From Camelus dromedarius (Eukaryota): 64,000 nucleotides of DNA. The translations under genes were made by a program, and so were the position numbers. Location: contig NC_087437.1 of the NCBI RefSeq assembly GCF_036321535.1, positions 63,428,001 through 63,492,000 of the forward strand. Reading direction: 5' to 3'. The notes beneath the pieces were generated by a model. The model saw only the letters and a program-made list of their open reading frames with translations. It was not told the origin of the DNA and did not search any database. Positions 13,616-26,471 of the stretch are shown here, piece by piece. Numbering within the stretch: the stretch's first letter is position 1; each line of letters opens with the position of its first letter.

Positions 13616-14252
13616 GAAGTGGGGGTGGATTTTAGAATACATTAGTACACTCCTAGAGGACATGACCAGTCTCTTTGTAAGGTCAGATTTATTCCCATTT
13701 CATATTTGGTACTTCCCTAGGATTTGGAAATCTTAGAGCGGGAAGGGGCCCTGAGGGAACACCCTATCCAACTCCTTTCCTCTGGGAGGTAAGGCAGGGG
13801 AATTATTGCAGAAGAAATTCTTGGAGGCCAGAGAAGCTGAGGAACTCAGTGAGCAGGGAGGATGGGAACCCAGAAGTTTTGCCTCCTAAATGATCTTTAT
13901 TTTCACCTCATTGCCTCTCATAATAAAGACAAATGGGGTTGAACAACCTCCTTTATTTGTTTGTTTTGAAAACTGGAGGAAAAGAATTACATATCACCGA
14001 GAAATGGTTTAGATGACCAAAGACACTGAAGCCGGAGAGGTCAAGGTGAGGTTGGTACATCATTTTGTCTCTTTGTTATGAACCTTCTTAGGATTAGAGA
14101 GAGCCTACCCCCTGAGGGCAGAGTGGTCTGGGATGGGAGGGAACTAAGAGCTGTAGAATGTGTCTGTGTCCTCTATCCTTATCAAAACCCTCTGAATAGA
14201 TGTAATTGCCCCCACCTTACAGATGAGGTAACAGCTTTAGAGGTAGGCCTAT

Positions 14253-15301
14253 TGTGATATTGTGATATAATTAATTTGTCATGTTTCCTGAACTAGCTCT
14301 TAAAATCTTTGTAATTTCTTAAATGATAAGAGCTCTATGGGAATCTTTTGTTCTTAACTCCTAAAATAGCTCTAGAGCATAAAGATGAAACGACTGGTTT
14401 TTGTTATTCATGACAAGCCTCTTTCAACTACTGAGTTTATATTAACGAGGTGATTTTTGGAACACCCCTGGAAAACTGTAGGACAAGGGCTGGTTGTCAG
14501 CAGAACCAACAAGGTGGTTAGAGAGTTGGAACTTTGAATTCCACCTCCTAACCTCTGGGGAGAGGAGAAGGGCTGGAGATTCACTTAATTACCAATGGCC
14601 AATGAGGTAATCAGTCATGCCTCTGATAGGAAGCCCCCATGAAACCCCAAAAGAATGGTGTTTGGGGAGCTTCTGGACTGGTGACCAAGAATGCATCCAT
14701 GTGCCAGGAGGATAGTGCACCCGAGACTCCATCAGACAGAAGCTCCTATGCTTGGGATTCTTCTGGACCTTACACTATGTATCTCTTCATCTGGCTTTCA
14801 TTTATTTTCTTTAGTATCCATTGTAATAAATCATTAATCTAGTAAGTAAACTGTTTTCTTTTTGGGGCAGATAATTAGATTTATTTATTTTTAGAGAAGG
14901 TATGGGGATTGAACCCAGGACCTCATGCATGGTAAGCACGCACTCTACCACTTGAGCTATACCCTCCCCCCAGAAAACTGTTTTCTTGAGTTCTGTGAGC
15001 TGTCCTAGCAAATGATCAAACTCAAGAAGAGGGCTGTGGGAACCTCTGATTTATAGCTGGTTAGTCAGAAGTACTGGTAACAACCTAGACTTGTAGTTGG
15101 CATCTGAAGTGGAGGCAGTCTGTGGGATCTGATGCTATCTCCAGGTAGATAGCACCAGAATTGAGTTAAATTGTAGGACACTTAGCCAGTGTTGCAGAGA
15201 GTTGCTTGGTGAGGGGCAAACCTATACACATTTGGTAACCAGAAGTGAAGTAGAGTGTCATCATAGAGTAGAGAAAAACAAAGGAGAATTTTCCCTTTAC
15301 A
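14253..15301 (+). mobile_element. MER21-like solo LTR containing a SINE, inserted in a MIR
   Basis: Starts TGTGATATTGTGATATAA and ends TTTACA. Approximate TSD CCTAT/CCTGT. AATAAA at 14825. Confidence 0.75.
14861..14974 (-). mobile_element. Vic-1-like camelid SINE
   Basis: The minus strand reads GGGGAGGGTATAGCTCAAGTGGTAGAG...GGTTCAATCCCC (A and B boxes). Perfect TSD AAACTGTTTTCTT at 14848-14860 and 14975-14987. Confidence 0.9.
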
Positions 15302-16169
15302 CCTGTGTTATAGGTAGCCAGGGCTGACTCTAAGAACTCATAATTAAGGAAGACCCCTCTGAGCCAAGGCAGAGCCAAGGCAGAACTACAGCCTGGAGCA
15401 GGCTGAGAAGAGCTTCAGGGGAGTGAGCATCAGGACTGTTAGAGCTACAAGCCACTGCAGATTCTTCCCTCTGGAAAAGAAGTCATGCGGGTAAGCTCCT
15501 TGCTCTCCTACCCCTCCTCCCTCTCTCGTATCTGAGCTGCAGAGCCCATGTCTGCTAGCCTTTGAGGGGAGGCCTCCCTAAAACCAAAGGCCTCCCTTTG
15601 TCTTTGTTTAGTTGTTGTAGAAGAGGCTCATGTGACTGAAGAGGACTCCCTGAGGCTTGATTGAGGTGATGTAGGTGAAAGAAAACTGTAAATCTCTATA
15701 TAAATGTGGTTGTTGGCTGAACAGTGTAAACCTGGGAGGTTTGTGAGGGCAAGGGGGGAAAAGTGCCTCTTGAGAGAGGTCTTCTAGGAGAATATGAGAT
15801 TAGTTGAGGTTCAGTGAATCCCTTTGTTGCTAACTCAAGGAGCATATTTGAAGGGATAAGCTTCCTCACTTAGAGCAGAGCATCCCAGACTTGTTGCCAT
15901 AGTGACAGTGCTCAAACAGAGGCTTAAAAACCAGAAAACACCAGGTCAGAGGGTTTCTTTTGGAGCTGTGATTCTCCAGCAGAGGACTCAGCTATTGTGT
16001 ACTATGGAGGAGAGGGGCAGGGAGTTTGAATAGCTTCCCTTCCTTCCTGTCTCTTGCTGTGGGACTTTTGTTTTGGTTTTTTTCTCTGGATTGATGTGGC
16101 CTTTGGAAAGGGTTGCCTCCCTGTGGAAGGAACTAGTCTTCATTAAAACATGTGTCAGAAGCCAGAGGC

Positions 16170-17215
16170 ACCAACAACGAACTATCCTGAAAAGAAACTA
16201 AGAAAACATTCCCATTTACAATAGCATCAAAATGAATAAAATATGAATAAATTTAACCAAGGAGGTGAAAGACCTATACACTGAAAACTATAACACATTG
16301 ATGAAAGAAATTGAAGGCATAGTAAATAGAAAGATAACCTGTGTTCGTGGATTGGAAGAATTAATATTGTTAAAACATCCACACTATGCAAAGCAATCTA
16401 CAAATTCAATGCAATCCCTACCAAAATGCTAATGAAATTTTTCACAGAAATAGAACAAACAATCCTAAAATTTGTGTGGAATCACAAAAGACCCTGAGTA
16501 GCCAAAGCACTCTTGAGAAAGAAGAAAAATGCTGGAAATATCACATTTCCTGGTTTCAAACTATATTTCAAAGCTTCAGTAATCAAAACAGTATGGTGCT
16601 GGCATAAAAACAAACACATATGTCAGTGCAATAGAATAGAGAGCCCAGAAATAAACTCACACATATACAGTCAAATAATCTTTGACAAGGAACAAATTTA
16701 TCTCAATTTATTTTGTGCCTCCATTAGCAGGATGTATTCTAAGGTAATTGCTTCTTTGCTTTATGCCTTTATGCCATTTTGACTTACAAAAGGTCTCATT
16801 GGAATGCGCTACTTTCAAATAGTGGGGAAACCTTTACTTTATGATGTCATTTATATGTGGAACCAAAAAAAGCTAAGCTCATAGAACAAGAGAGTAGAAT
16901 GGTGGTTGCCAGCAGGTGGTAGGGAGGGGGCTAGGTGGGAAAATGGGGAGATTTTGGTCAAAAGATATAAACTTTCAGTTATAAGATAGTTAAGTTCTGG
17001 AGACCTAATGTACAGACTGGTGATTATAGTTAATAATACTCTACTATACACTTGAAATTTGCTAAGACATTAGATCTTAAGTGTTTCACACACACAAACA
17101 CACACACAGAGACACAGTAACTATGTGAGGTGGTGGATGTGCCAATTAATTTGATTGTGGTAATCTTTTCACAGTGTGTACATATATCAAACCATCACAT
17201 TGTACAGCCCCCCAA
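16170..17215 (+). mobile_element. L1 ORF2 fragment plus 3' end, interrupted by a Tigger-like piece
   Basis: The ORF at 16513 shows [34 protein letters not shown] (L1 ORF2 C-terminal region). A 3'UTR lies at 16840-17215. Confidence 0.88.
16692..16834. mobile_element. TcMar-Tigger-like DNA transposon terminal fragment
   Basis: Ends ...GCTACTTTCAAATAGTGGGGAAACCTT|TA, resembling a Tigger-type TIR followed by TA. Confidence 0.55.
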
Positions 17216-17439
17216 AAGAATCTGGAGGCATCTTTCTTTTTTTCAGGCCCTTTTCTTCCTTAGGTATCCTTTGTGCTGAGAACAGTGATTGGTATTTAAA
17301 TGTTTAACAAAAATGTGTTGAGTAAGTGAATGAATGGATACAACCTTCACATACATTGCCTAAAGATATAAGTACAACAGTGAGTAGAGGATTTTCAGAG
17401 GGATGAGATGTTGGCAGAGAAGACCAACAGACAAGTTGA

Positions 17440-18180
17440 TCTTTTTATTGATACTGACTATATGATTGTTTGGGATTTGTTGAAACATGCATCATGGCCT
17501 CTTGCAGGTTAATTTTTGAAAATATTTCCTGTGTACTTGAAAAGAATAATGCATATTTTATAATGATCAGATACAGGATTTTGTATGTGTCTGTTAGATC
17601 AAGCTTTGTTGCCCATCATAACAAACTTGGGAACTTTCACACAAATAATTATGGGATTGAGTTAAATTGAGCAGAATTGGCCTGTTTCTGAGCTGTTGTA
17701 TTTGGGTTGCAGTTACTGGACCCATGTTCCTAAAACCAATGCCTGGGATATCCTCTACGCCTTTATCTCATTCTTTATCATTTTGTAGTGATTATTTTTT
17801 CCTGATTAATTACATTGAAGTCTATTTTATCCTATACTAATTTGCTATTGTAACTCTTATAGTTTTTGCCTGACATATTTTCCACTCATTTCTTTCAACC
17901 TCTTTGTGTGTTTTAGGTTCATCCTAAAAGAAACATAGAGCTGCTATATAAATAAGTAAATATACATATATTTTTTTCAGCACTCTTTTCCTCTCAGTGA
18001 TTGATAAAATAAATATATCAGAAAATAATTAAGGATGTAGAAGAACTGAATAACACTATCAACAAACTTGACCAACCAGGCACTGCACCTAACAAGGCAG
18101 AAAATATGTTCTTTTCAAGTGTACATGACAGAGTCACCATGATAGTCACCACGATATTTGGGGATACTAAACAAACCTGT
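17440..18180. mobile_element. Small old L1 fragments in both orientations
   Basis: T-rich antisense pieces at 17440-17930. A sense endonuclease-region piece at 17990-18180 (AAGGATGTAGAAGAACTGAATAACACTATCAAC). Confidence 0.6.
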
Positions 18181-19344
18181 ATGTGTGTGTGTGTATGTGT
18201 TAACTGGTGAATTTGGTTCATTTATATTTATTGTGATTTTGGACACAGTTGACACTGGAGTGACATGAGTGCATCAGAGTGGAAGAATTGTTGATGGCCA
18301 TCAGAGGAGACACACAATGTACTAGAAGATACCTAATAAATGTCAGTTCTCCTATACAGTCCCTTCCTCCAGGCCCTGTTGAGTGGATGTTTGGAGGATT
18401 TATGTTGATTTTTGTCTGATCAGCTCTTTGAATGCAAACTCTGTGTTGTTCTGATGATACTCTCGGCCCCCTAACCTCCAGCATTTTCACCATGCAAGTG
18501 ACCATAAAAGAACTGAGCTGATTGCAGGGAGTTAAAAAGGGAGTGAGTGGAAAGGAAATTGTGGCAGGAAGTGTTAATGACTCATTGAAAACATTTAAGT
18601 GGAAAGGAAGCTAGAAATAGGGTGGTAGCTGGAAAGAGCAATAGGTCTACTTGTGGGTCTTTTTAAAGAAAAGATGTCTGGAAACAGATTAAAAAGGAAC
18701 TGACAGAAAGTGAATGGTTAAGGGGCAAGAACTAATCTTATCACTTTAGTATGGGTAGCAGAGATACAGAAAGAAATGTTTTTACATGGTGCATTATAGA
18801 AATACACATCTCTACTAAATTACCAATGTAAACTACATAAAGATAAGCAATATGATTTTTAGAATGTGTATGAGTCTTATACTCCCTTATCTGACTCTTA
18901 ATAAACATTAGTTAAGCCAAATGGATTTTTTCCCCCTACTCTTTCTTAGCACCATAAAGAACTTTCAATGTCATTGAGTCCATATGCCCATCTAAGGTAG
19001 GAGACTCCTCACAGTATCCCTAACAGATAACTATCTAGGATATTTTGAACACTTGTGGTTTTAAGAATCTTACCACTTCAAATGGGAAGCAGCTGCCTTT
19101 GCCCAGAGGTCTGATAATAATGAAGCTCTTCTTTTATTCATCAGAAATCTGCTTAAATAACCAGCTGTATCTGAAACAATTATATATTTAAAGTCTCTGC
19201 TGTGTATCTGTCCCCTTACTCCATCTTCTAACATCACCTGAGACCTGTCTCATGAGAGGACTTCTGGATCCCTCAAAAGAGTTGTTCCTATTTTGTAAGC
19301 AGGGCAGTGTTTTGCATTCTGACTAAAGCAGCTACTCAGAACCA

Positions 19345-22110
19345 TAAATGGAAATTGAATTTTGTCAGGTGCATTTTTTGATATTTATCTAGTGAAATGA
19401 TCATACAATTTTTCTTCTTTAGTCAGTTGATACAAATTATAATGATTGATTTTCAAATGTTGAACCAGCCCTACATTTCTAGGATAAACCCCACATAATG
19501 ATGTGTTTATATATTTATATAATTATACACACACAAACATGTATATATAAGTAAATCTGATTTGCTAATATTTTGTTGAGGATTTTGTGTTCATGTTCAT
19601 GAGGAGTATTGGTCTGTAGTTTTCTTGTAATATCTTTAATTTTCATGTCAAGTAATGCTGGCCTCACAAAATTTCTTTAATTCTGGTTATCTATTTCTTC
19701 TTGAGTGAGTTTTGGTTGTTTGTATCTTTAACAGAATTTGTCTATTTCATCTAAATTGTCAAATTTATGGGCATAGAATCATTAACAATATTTACTTACA
19801 TTTTTAAGGTGTGTGGGATCTGTAGTAATATTCCCTCTATTATTCCTGATAATTATGGTTTGTATTTTTTTCTTTTTGTCCTGATCAGCCTGGCTACAGG
19901 CTCATTATTTTAATGATCTTTTCAAAGAACAAACTTGTGATTTCATCAGTATTTTTTTCTCTTTTCAATTTCATTGATTTCTGCCTTCATCTTTATTATT
20001 TCCTTCATTCTGACTGATTTGGATTTAATTTGCTCTTCTTTTTTCTAGTTTTCTAACATGGAAGCTTAGACCACTGATTTGAGGCTTTTCTTTTATTCTA
20101 ATATTAGCATTTGTTGCTTTAAATTTCCTCCTAACCTTAGCTACTTCCTCCCTAACTTGATATATTGTGTTTTCATATAATTCAATTTCAAGTATTTTTA
20201 ATATCCTGTGACTTCCTCTTTGATCTGTGGGTTATTTAGAAGTGTGCTGTTTAGTCTCCAAATATTTGAGGAGTTTTTCAGATATGTTCCTGTTATTAAC
20301 GTCCAGTTGAATTTCATTATGATCATATAATATCTCTACATGATTTCACTTTTAAAAAATTGATTCAGGTCTGTTTGTTGGCCTGAATATGGTTTATCTA
20401 GGTGAATGTTTCGTATGCACTTGAAAAGAATGTGTAAACTGCCTTCTTGGGTATAATGTCACTTCAGAAGTTGGTTGATAGTGGTGTTTAGTTCTTTTAT
20501 ATCCTACTTGTTTTCTGTATACATTTTTAAAAAATCAATTACTGAGAGAGGAGTGTTAAAGTCTCCAAGTATAATTGTAGATTTACTTAATTCTCCTTTT
20601 AGTTCTAGGAGTTTTTGAATACTGTATTTTGGGTCTGTGTTGTCATATGCATACACATTTAGGAGTGTTACGTTAGTGAATTTACCTTTCCATCATTATG
20701 GAATTACTCTCTTTAACCATGCTAATATTCCTTGTTCTGAAATCTACTTGTTATGATATTAAGAGAGCAATTTCAGTTTTCTTTTGATTGGTGCTTGCAT
20801 TTTTATCCTTTTTTTCCTTTTATTTTTACCTATCTCTGTCTTTATATTTAAAGTGGACTTTCTACAGACAGTATATAATTGGGTCTTGCTTTTTCATCCA
20901 ATCTGATATGATAATCTTTAATTGGCATGTTTGACCATTTACATTTAATGTAATTATTGGTATGGTTGGACTAAAATCTGCCATCTAGATGTCTCATTTG
21001 TTTTATCTCTTCTTTGTTCCTATATCCTCTTTTTCTACTTGCTGTTGTATTAACTAAGAATTTTTATTATTTCTTTTTATCTCCACCGTTGGCTTCATGT
21101 TTATACTTCTTTAAAAATTTTTTTTAGTGTTTGCTGTAGTTCAACATACATCCTTAATCACAGTTACCTTCAAATAATATTATACCACTTAGTGTATAGT
21201 ATAAAAATCTTAGAACATTATATTGCAAGTTCTTCCTTCCCGACTTTCATATTATTGTCACACATTTTTCTTCTATGTATCCTATAAACTCATGGTACAT
21301 TACTATTATTTTAACTTTAAACAATTATCTTTCAGAGTAATTTTTTAAAAATGTCTTATGTTAACCTTCATTTTAACCATTTCTAGAGATCTTAGTTTAT
21401 CTAGACTCAGCTTCTTTCCAGTATATTCCTTCTGCCTAAAGAACTTTTTCTGACAGTTCTTGAAGGATACTCTGTGAGTAATGAATTCTCTGAGGTTTTC
21501 CTTTATTTTTGAAAGTTTTTATTTATCTTTTACTTTCTGAGTGGTATTTTCATGGGTTGATAGTTTTTTTTCTTTCTGTACTTTTCAGATGTCATTTTGA
21601 TGTTTTCTGGCTTGCATTGTTTCAGATGAGAGGTGTGCTTGAATGCTTACCTTTCTTCCTCTGTATGTAATATGTTTCTCCCTCTCCATCTGACTGCCTT
21701 TAAGGTTTTCTCTTTATGTTTGATTTTTTTTTTTTTAGCAGTTTGAATATGATGTGTGCAGGTGGGTTTGATTGTTTTTGTTTGGTATTTATACTGCTTG
21801 GAATTCTCTGAGCCTCTTGGATCTGTGGGTTTGATGTATCTCATTATTCTTGGAAAATTCTTGGGCATTATTTCTTCAGATATTTCTTCTGCATCATTCT
21901 CAATTTCTTCTTCTACTAGGATTCCAGTTACACATATGGTAGACCATTTGATACTATCTTATAACTCTTTGATGCTTTGTTCTTCCCCACCTCCCTTTAT
22001 TTGTGTGTGTATTCAAGTTTGTATCATTTCTGTTGACCTATCTTCAAGATCACTAATTTTGTTTCTTCAGTTGTGTTGAGTCAGCTTATAAGCCTGCTGA
22101 AGCATCTTAT
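19345..22110 (-). mobile_element. Old L1 (ORF1/ORF2 5' region), antisense
   Basis: T-rich strand with L1 motifs. The minus ORF at 21647-21868 is ORF1-like (KNFPRIM..IK). Confidence 0.85.
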
Positions 22111-22114
22111 CTTT

Positions 22115-22352
22115 CATCCATAGAAACAGAAATTAGATTGGTGGTTGCATAGAGCTAGGAGAACTTGAGGGGTTATGGGCAATGACTGCAAATGGATACA
22201 GCATTTCTTTAGGGGTGATAAAAATGTTCTAAAATGCATTGAAGTGATGGGTGCAGAATTCTGTGACTGTACTAAAAACATTGACTTGAATACTTCAAAT
22301 GAATGAATTATATGGTATGTGAATTATTTCTCAATAAAGCTGTTACTAAAAA
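22115..22352 (+). mobile_element. L1MB-like 3' end
   Basis: CATAGAAACAGAAATTAGATTGGTGGTTGC...CTCAATAAAGCTGTT. Confidence 0.8.
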
Positions 22353-23511
22353 GAAACCTTCATGCTTTAGGTTCAAATGCTACATTGATACAAATCTGGC
22401 AGGAATCAGGAAGGGATAAGACATTTTACTGATGGTTCTGAAGGACAGAACAAAACATAATTCTGAAGCATGTTACTATAACTGAAGCTGGTAGAAAGGT
22501 AGAGATTATATCTGTTTTTTTTTTTTTTCTGTTTTGTATATCCAATTCTAAGTATTGAAAACTGGCCCTCCTAAGTATTCTTAACTAGTTCATGTCTTTA
22601 TCCTTCATATATTTTGTTAATTCCTATAGATAAAATGTGATTTGTGGTTATTAGTCTTACAGATTAAAAGTTCCAAGTCCTCTCCTTGCTTTTCTAGTGT
22701 TCAAGCTCCACTCTATTGTGTATCATAGGGTATCTGACCCACTAACTGCTGGTGTTACCTGGTATTGTTACTGTTGGACTTTAATGACCTCAGAGTTTCT
22801 GTATTATCTCCTTCTGTTACAAAACAACATACAAGTAGGGCCTGTGGTGAATTCTCCAAATCAAGAATTTTAGGACTGTATCTCTCTAGGGGGTTCACTA
22901 AGAAATCCACAAGTATCATGTAATGGTCTACCAGATGCTCCTTCTCTGCAGAGAAGACACACATGCCCCTGGCGTATTGTATGTTTCCAGACACTTAAAA
23001 GTCTGATAAGTGGTCCTTGATATTTCTAATATGGAATAATCCCCAAAATATATTAAGTGAGAAAAGCAAGGTTCAAGACAGTCTGGGTAATAAGCTATCA
23101 TTTGTTTTAAGAAAAAAAAGTGGGGATAAAAACATATATGTATTTTTATAATATATCCCTAGAAGACACTGATGACATGGCAGACTCTGTGGAAGGGAAG
23201 TTGGAGCTGGGCACCTAGGAGCAGGCAAGGGTGAAAGACCTTTTCCTGCATACCTTTTGAATTTACATTTTGAATCATATAAATGTATTGGCTATTCAGA
23301 GAGAAATACAAGTTTGATTAAACACAAAGTTCTTCTACCCAGAAGTAAACACACACACACCTATTGTCAATTTATGCATGACAAAGGAGATAAGAAAATA
23401 CAATGGGAGAAAAGTCAGCCTCTTCAATAAGTGATGCTGGGAAAACTGGACAGCTACATGTAAAAGAATGCAATTAGAACATTTCCTCACACCATATGCA
23501 AAAATAAACTC

Positions 23512-26471
23512 GAGAGAGGTGTGAAGATGGCGGAGTAGAGAGACAGCTCGCCCTCTCCCACAAATACACCAAGAATTACATCTATAAACCCACTGAATCA
23601 CACAGAACACCTACTGCACTCTGGCAGAGTGTCTGGTGCTTTGAAATACAGGAGGATTCTCACAAAATCCAGTAAGAGGGAAAAAAAGAAAAAAAAAAAA
23701 GGAAAAAGAAAAACTTACTGCAGGACCCGTCCTGCAGAGAGGGAGTGGCATAGGAAGAAAGGCACCCTCACGCTGAGACGCCCCTTCTCCAGGTAGGAAG
23801 TCAGCAGGGACAGAAGCAGAGCTTCCGAGGCTCCGAGGAGAAAGTGGCAGCCACTTGGCAGACAGAACTAAAGGAAACTGGCACAGGGGTCCTTGCGGTT
23901 CCCAGCCCTAGATGCGAGCCGGCAGGGACAAGCCAGGACTGGCTGCTAGAGATCAATGAGGAGCCCGGGCAGAGAGCTGGGGCCCACTGCACAAAGGCAG
24001 CCTCAGGGGACTGGTGGGCAGCATGAGCTCTGTCTGGGGGTGTATGCAGAACAGAATAGTCTGAGACCACCCCCCCATAAAAAAGCACTACTGCTCGTTC
24101 GTGGAGGGGAGGGGCACAATGCAGCCACGCCATAGCCTCTCTCTGGCTCCATTGTTGGTGTGTTCTTGCGAGAAGAGAGGTGGGGCTTGGTGATAGCCAA
24201 GTTCTCTACTGTTGGTGGGGCTGAAAGCTGAATCCACACCTAATGGCCCTGCAGCGTCACAGGCGGAACAAAGATTTGTTTACAGCTCCAGGCAGAGAGG
24301 GTGGATTTGCTCCTCGGTTACCTTTGTGGATCCGCACCTCTGGGACTAACAGACAGTGAGCAGAGTTCTGACGGGGGCAAGTATGGGTATTTACAACAGG
24401 CTGGCGTACCAGCCTGTACCTTACTGTATGTGGAGGCAGGGCTGGGGTCTGTGCTGACCTTGTGGCACACAATAGATTCAGGTGCGTGACTCCACGCTCA
24501 TTACAGCATGTCTTAGTGCCTGACATTGGTGAATCTGCACTGGTGGTTCCTGGGGCTCAGAACCTGGGGGGCACTGGAGCAGGTGGCTGACATTCCCACA
24601 GCTAAGGTGGGGAGAAAGGCAGTGTCAGCAAAGATTACTTTCTAAGCCCACGTAGCAAGTGACAGACAACACCACAGAGGACACCTCCCAGTGGACATCT
24701 TAAGCAGAGGTACACTCAGCGACTCTTCTTCCAAGATGAAGCTCTCCAACCCTGCCTACCACATACCACAGCTCAGAAGTGGGTCTAGAAGCCTCTATTT
24801 CAGCAACAGGAGAGCAGACCTGGTCCCTGTCAAGGCTGTGACAACCACAGAACAAAAAAAGGAGGCCCTGCTCAACAACAACAACCAGAGCAAGCTCTGA
24901 TCCCCACAACACCAACCACACCCCCAATCAAAGGGATAACAGCCAACACACATGGAAGAAAGACATGGCAACCATCCATACTAAGAACAGCCCTTGCAAC
25001 AAAACTATTAGATGAACACAGTCTACACAGGAACCCTCCTATGTTAAATAAAAACAAACAAAAAATAAAACAGCCCTTCAAGACCACAGTAGATAACTGA
25101 TACTCCTAAATCCACAGAGCCAGAGAAATGTAAGTAAAATGAAGAAGCAGAGGAACCATCCCAATTAAAACAAGAGAAGTCCTCTGAAAGAGCGAACAGT
25201 GAGGTAGACCTTGACAGTCTACTAGATCATGACTTCAAAAAGGGGGTGATAAAAGCACTGAAGGAAATAAGATAGTCTATGAATAGAGACAGAGAATACT
25301 ATGAAAAAGAAATAGCAACTACAAAGAGAAGCCAATTAGAAACATAAAACTCAATGGCTGAGATAAGAGCTGAGCTTAAGACAGTCAGAAGCAGACCAGA
25401 TAATGCAGAGGGATAAATAAGTAACTTAGAAGACAGGATAACAGAAGTCACCCAGTTAAAACAGCAGACAGAAAAGCAAGTAAAAACCAATGAAATCAAT
25501 ATAAGGGACCTATGGGATAATATAAAGTGTGCCAACCTAAACATAATAGGGGTCCCAGAAGGAGAAGAAAGAGAAAAGGGGATTGAAAGGTATTTGAAGA
25601 AATCACAACTGAAAACTTTCCAAACCTAAAGAAGGAAACAGATATCCAAGTACAGGAAGCACAGAGGGTCCCAAACAAGAAGAACCCAAACAGACCTACA
25701 CCAAGACATTTTATAATTAAGATGGCCAAAGTTAAAGAAATGATTCTAAAGGCAGCAAGAGAAAAACACAGAGTTAGTTACAAGGGAACCCCCATAATAC
25801 TTTCAGCTGATTTCTCCACACAAACACTGCTGGCTAGAAGGGAGTGGCAAGATATTCAAAGTCCTGAATGAGAAAAAGCTGCAACCTAGGATACTCTATC
25901 TGGCAAGACTATCCTTTAGAGTAGGAGAGATAAAGAATTTCACAGACAAGCAAAAACTAAAAGAGTTCAGCAATACTAAACCTTTGCTAAAAGGAATATT
26001 GAAAGGTCTACTCTAAATAGAAAAGAAGCAGGAAGCTATAGAAACAAGAAAACCATAATTGGAAATGAGAGAACTACAATGAGTTGCAAGAGAATAAACA
26101 TGAAGATATAAAAAAAAAAGACATCAAAATCATAAAAGGTGGTAGAGGGAAGCAAGAAAATAATAGATTTTTTTTCTCTCTCTCTTTTTTTCATTCTTCT
26201 TAGGATGTGTTTGAGCCTACATGACTACCAGTCTAAAACAAACAGATATAATTAACAAGAAGTTTATACTGTATAGCACAGGGAACTATATTCAATATCT
26301 TGTAGTAACTAACTTACGGTGAAAAAGAATATGAAAACGAATATATGTATGTTCATGTATGACTGAAGCATTATGCTGTACACCAGAAACTGATACAACA
26401 TTGTAAAACTGACTATTCTTTAAATTAAAAAAATATATATATATATGTTAAAAACTCAACTGAGCAGGTTA
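23512..26471 (+). mobile_element. ORF2-less L1 derivative (5'UTR + ORF1 + 3' tail), HAL1-like
   Basis: Starts GAGAGAGGTGTGAAGATGGCGG (L1-type 5' end with YY1 motif), followed by a ~1.6 kb 5'UTR and an ORF1 remnant. The inter-ORF sequence joins directly to an L1 3' end with an A/AT-rich tail. TSD: AAAAATAAACTC (23500-23511) / AAAAACAAACTC (26472-26483). Confidence 0.85.
25139..26016 (+). pseudogene. Degraded L1 ORF1p coding sequence
   Basis: Motifs IRDLWDNIKCANLNIIGVPEGEE, ENFPNLK, IQVQEAQRVP..RPTPRH, LQPRILY.ARLSF and a terminal LKGLL*. Interrupted by stops and frameshifts. Confidence 0.9.

Noticed and set aside
14900..14970. tRNA gene
   Set aside because: The tRNA-like head carries an A-rich tail and TSD and recurs four times, so it is a SINE.
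19342..19351. CArG box CCATAAATGG (also CCATAATTGG at 26053-26062)
   Set aside because: Both lie in or at the edge of L1 sequence. The known SRF-dependent MYLK promoters lie far downstream, so these are likely chance matches.
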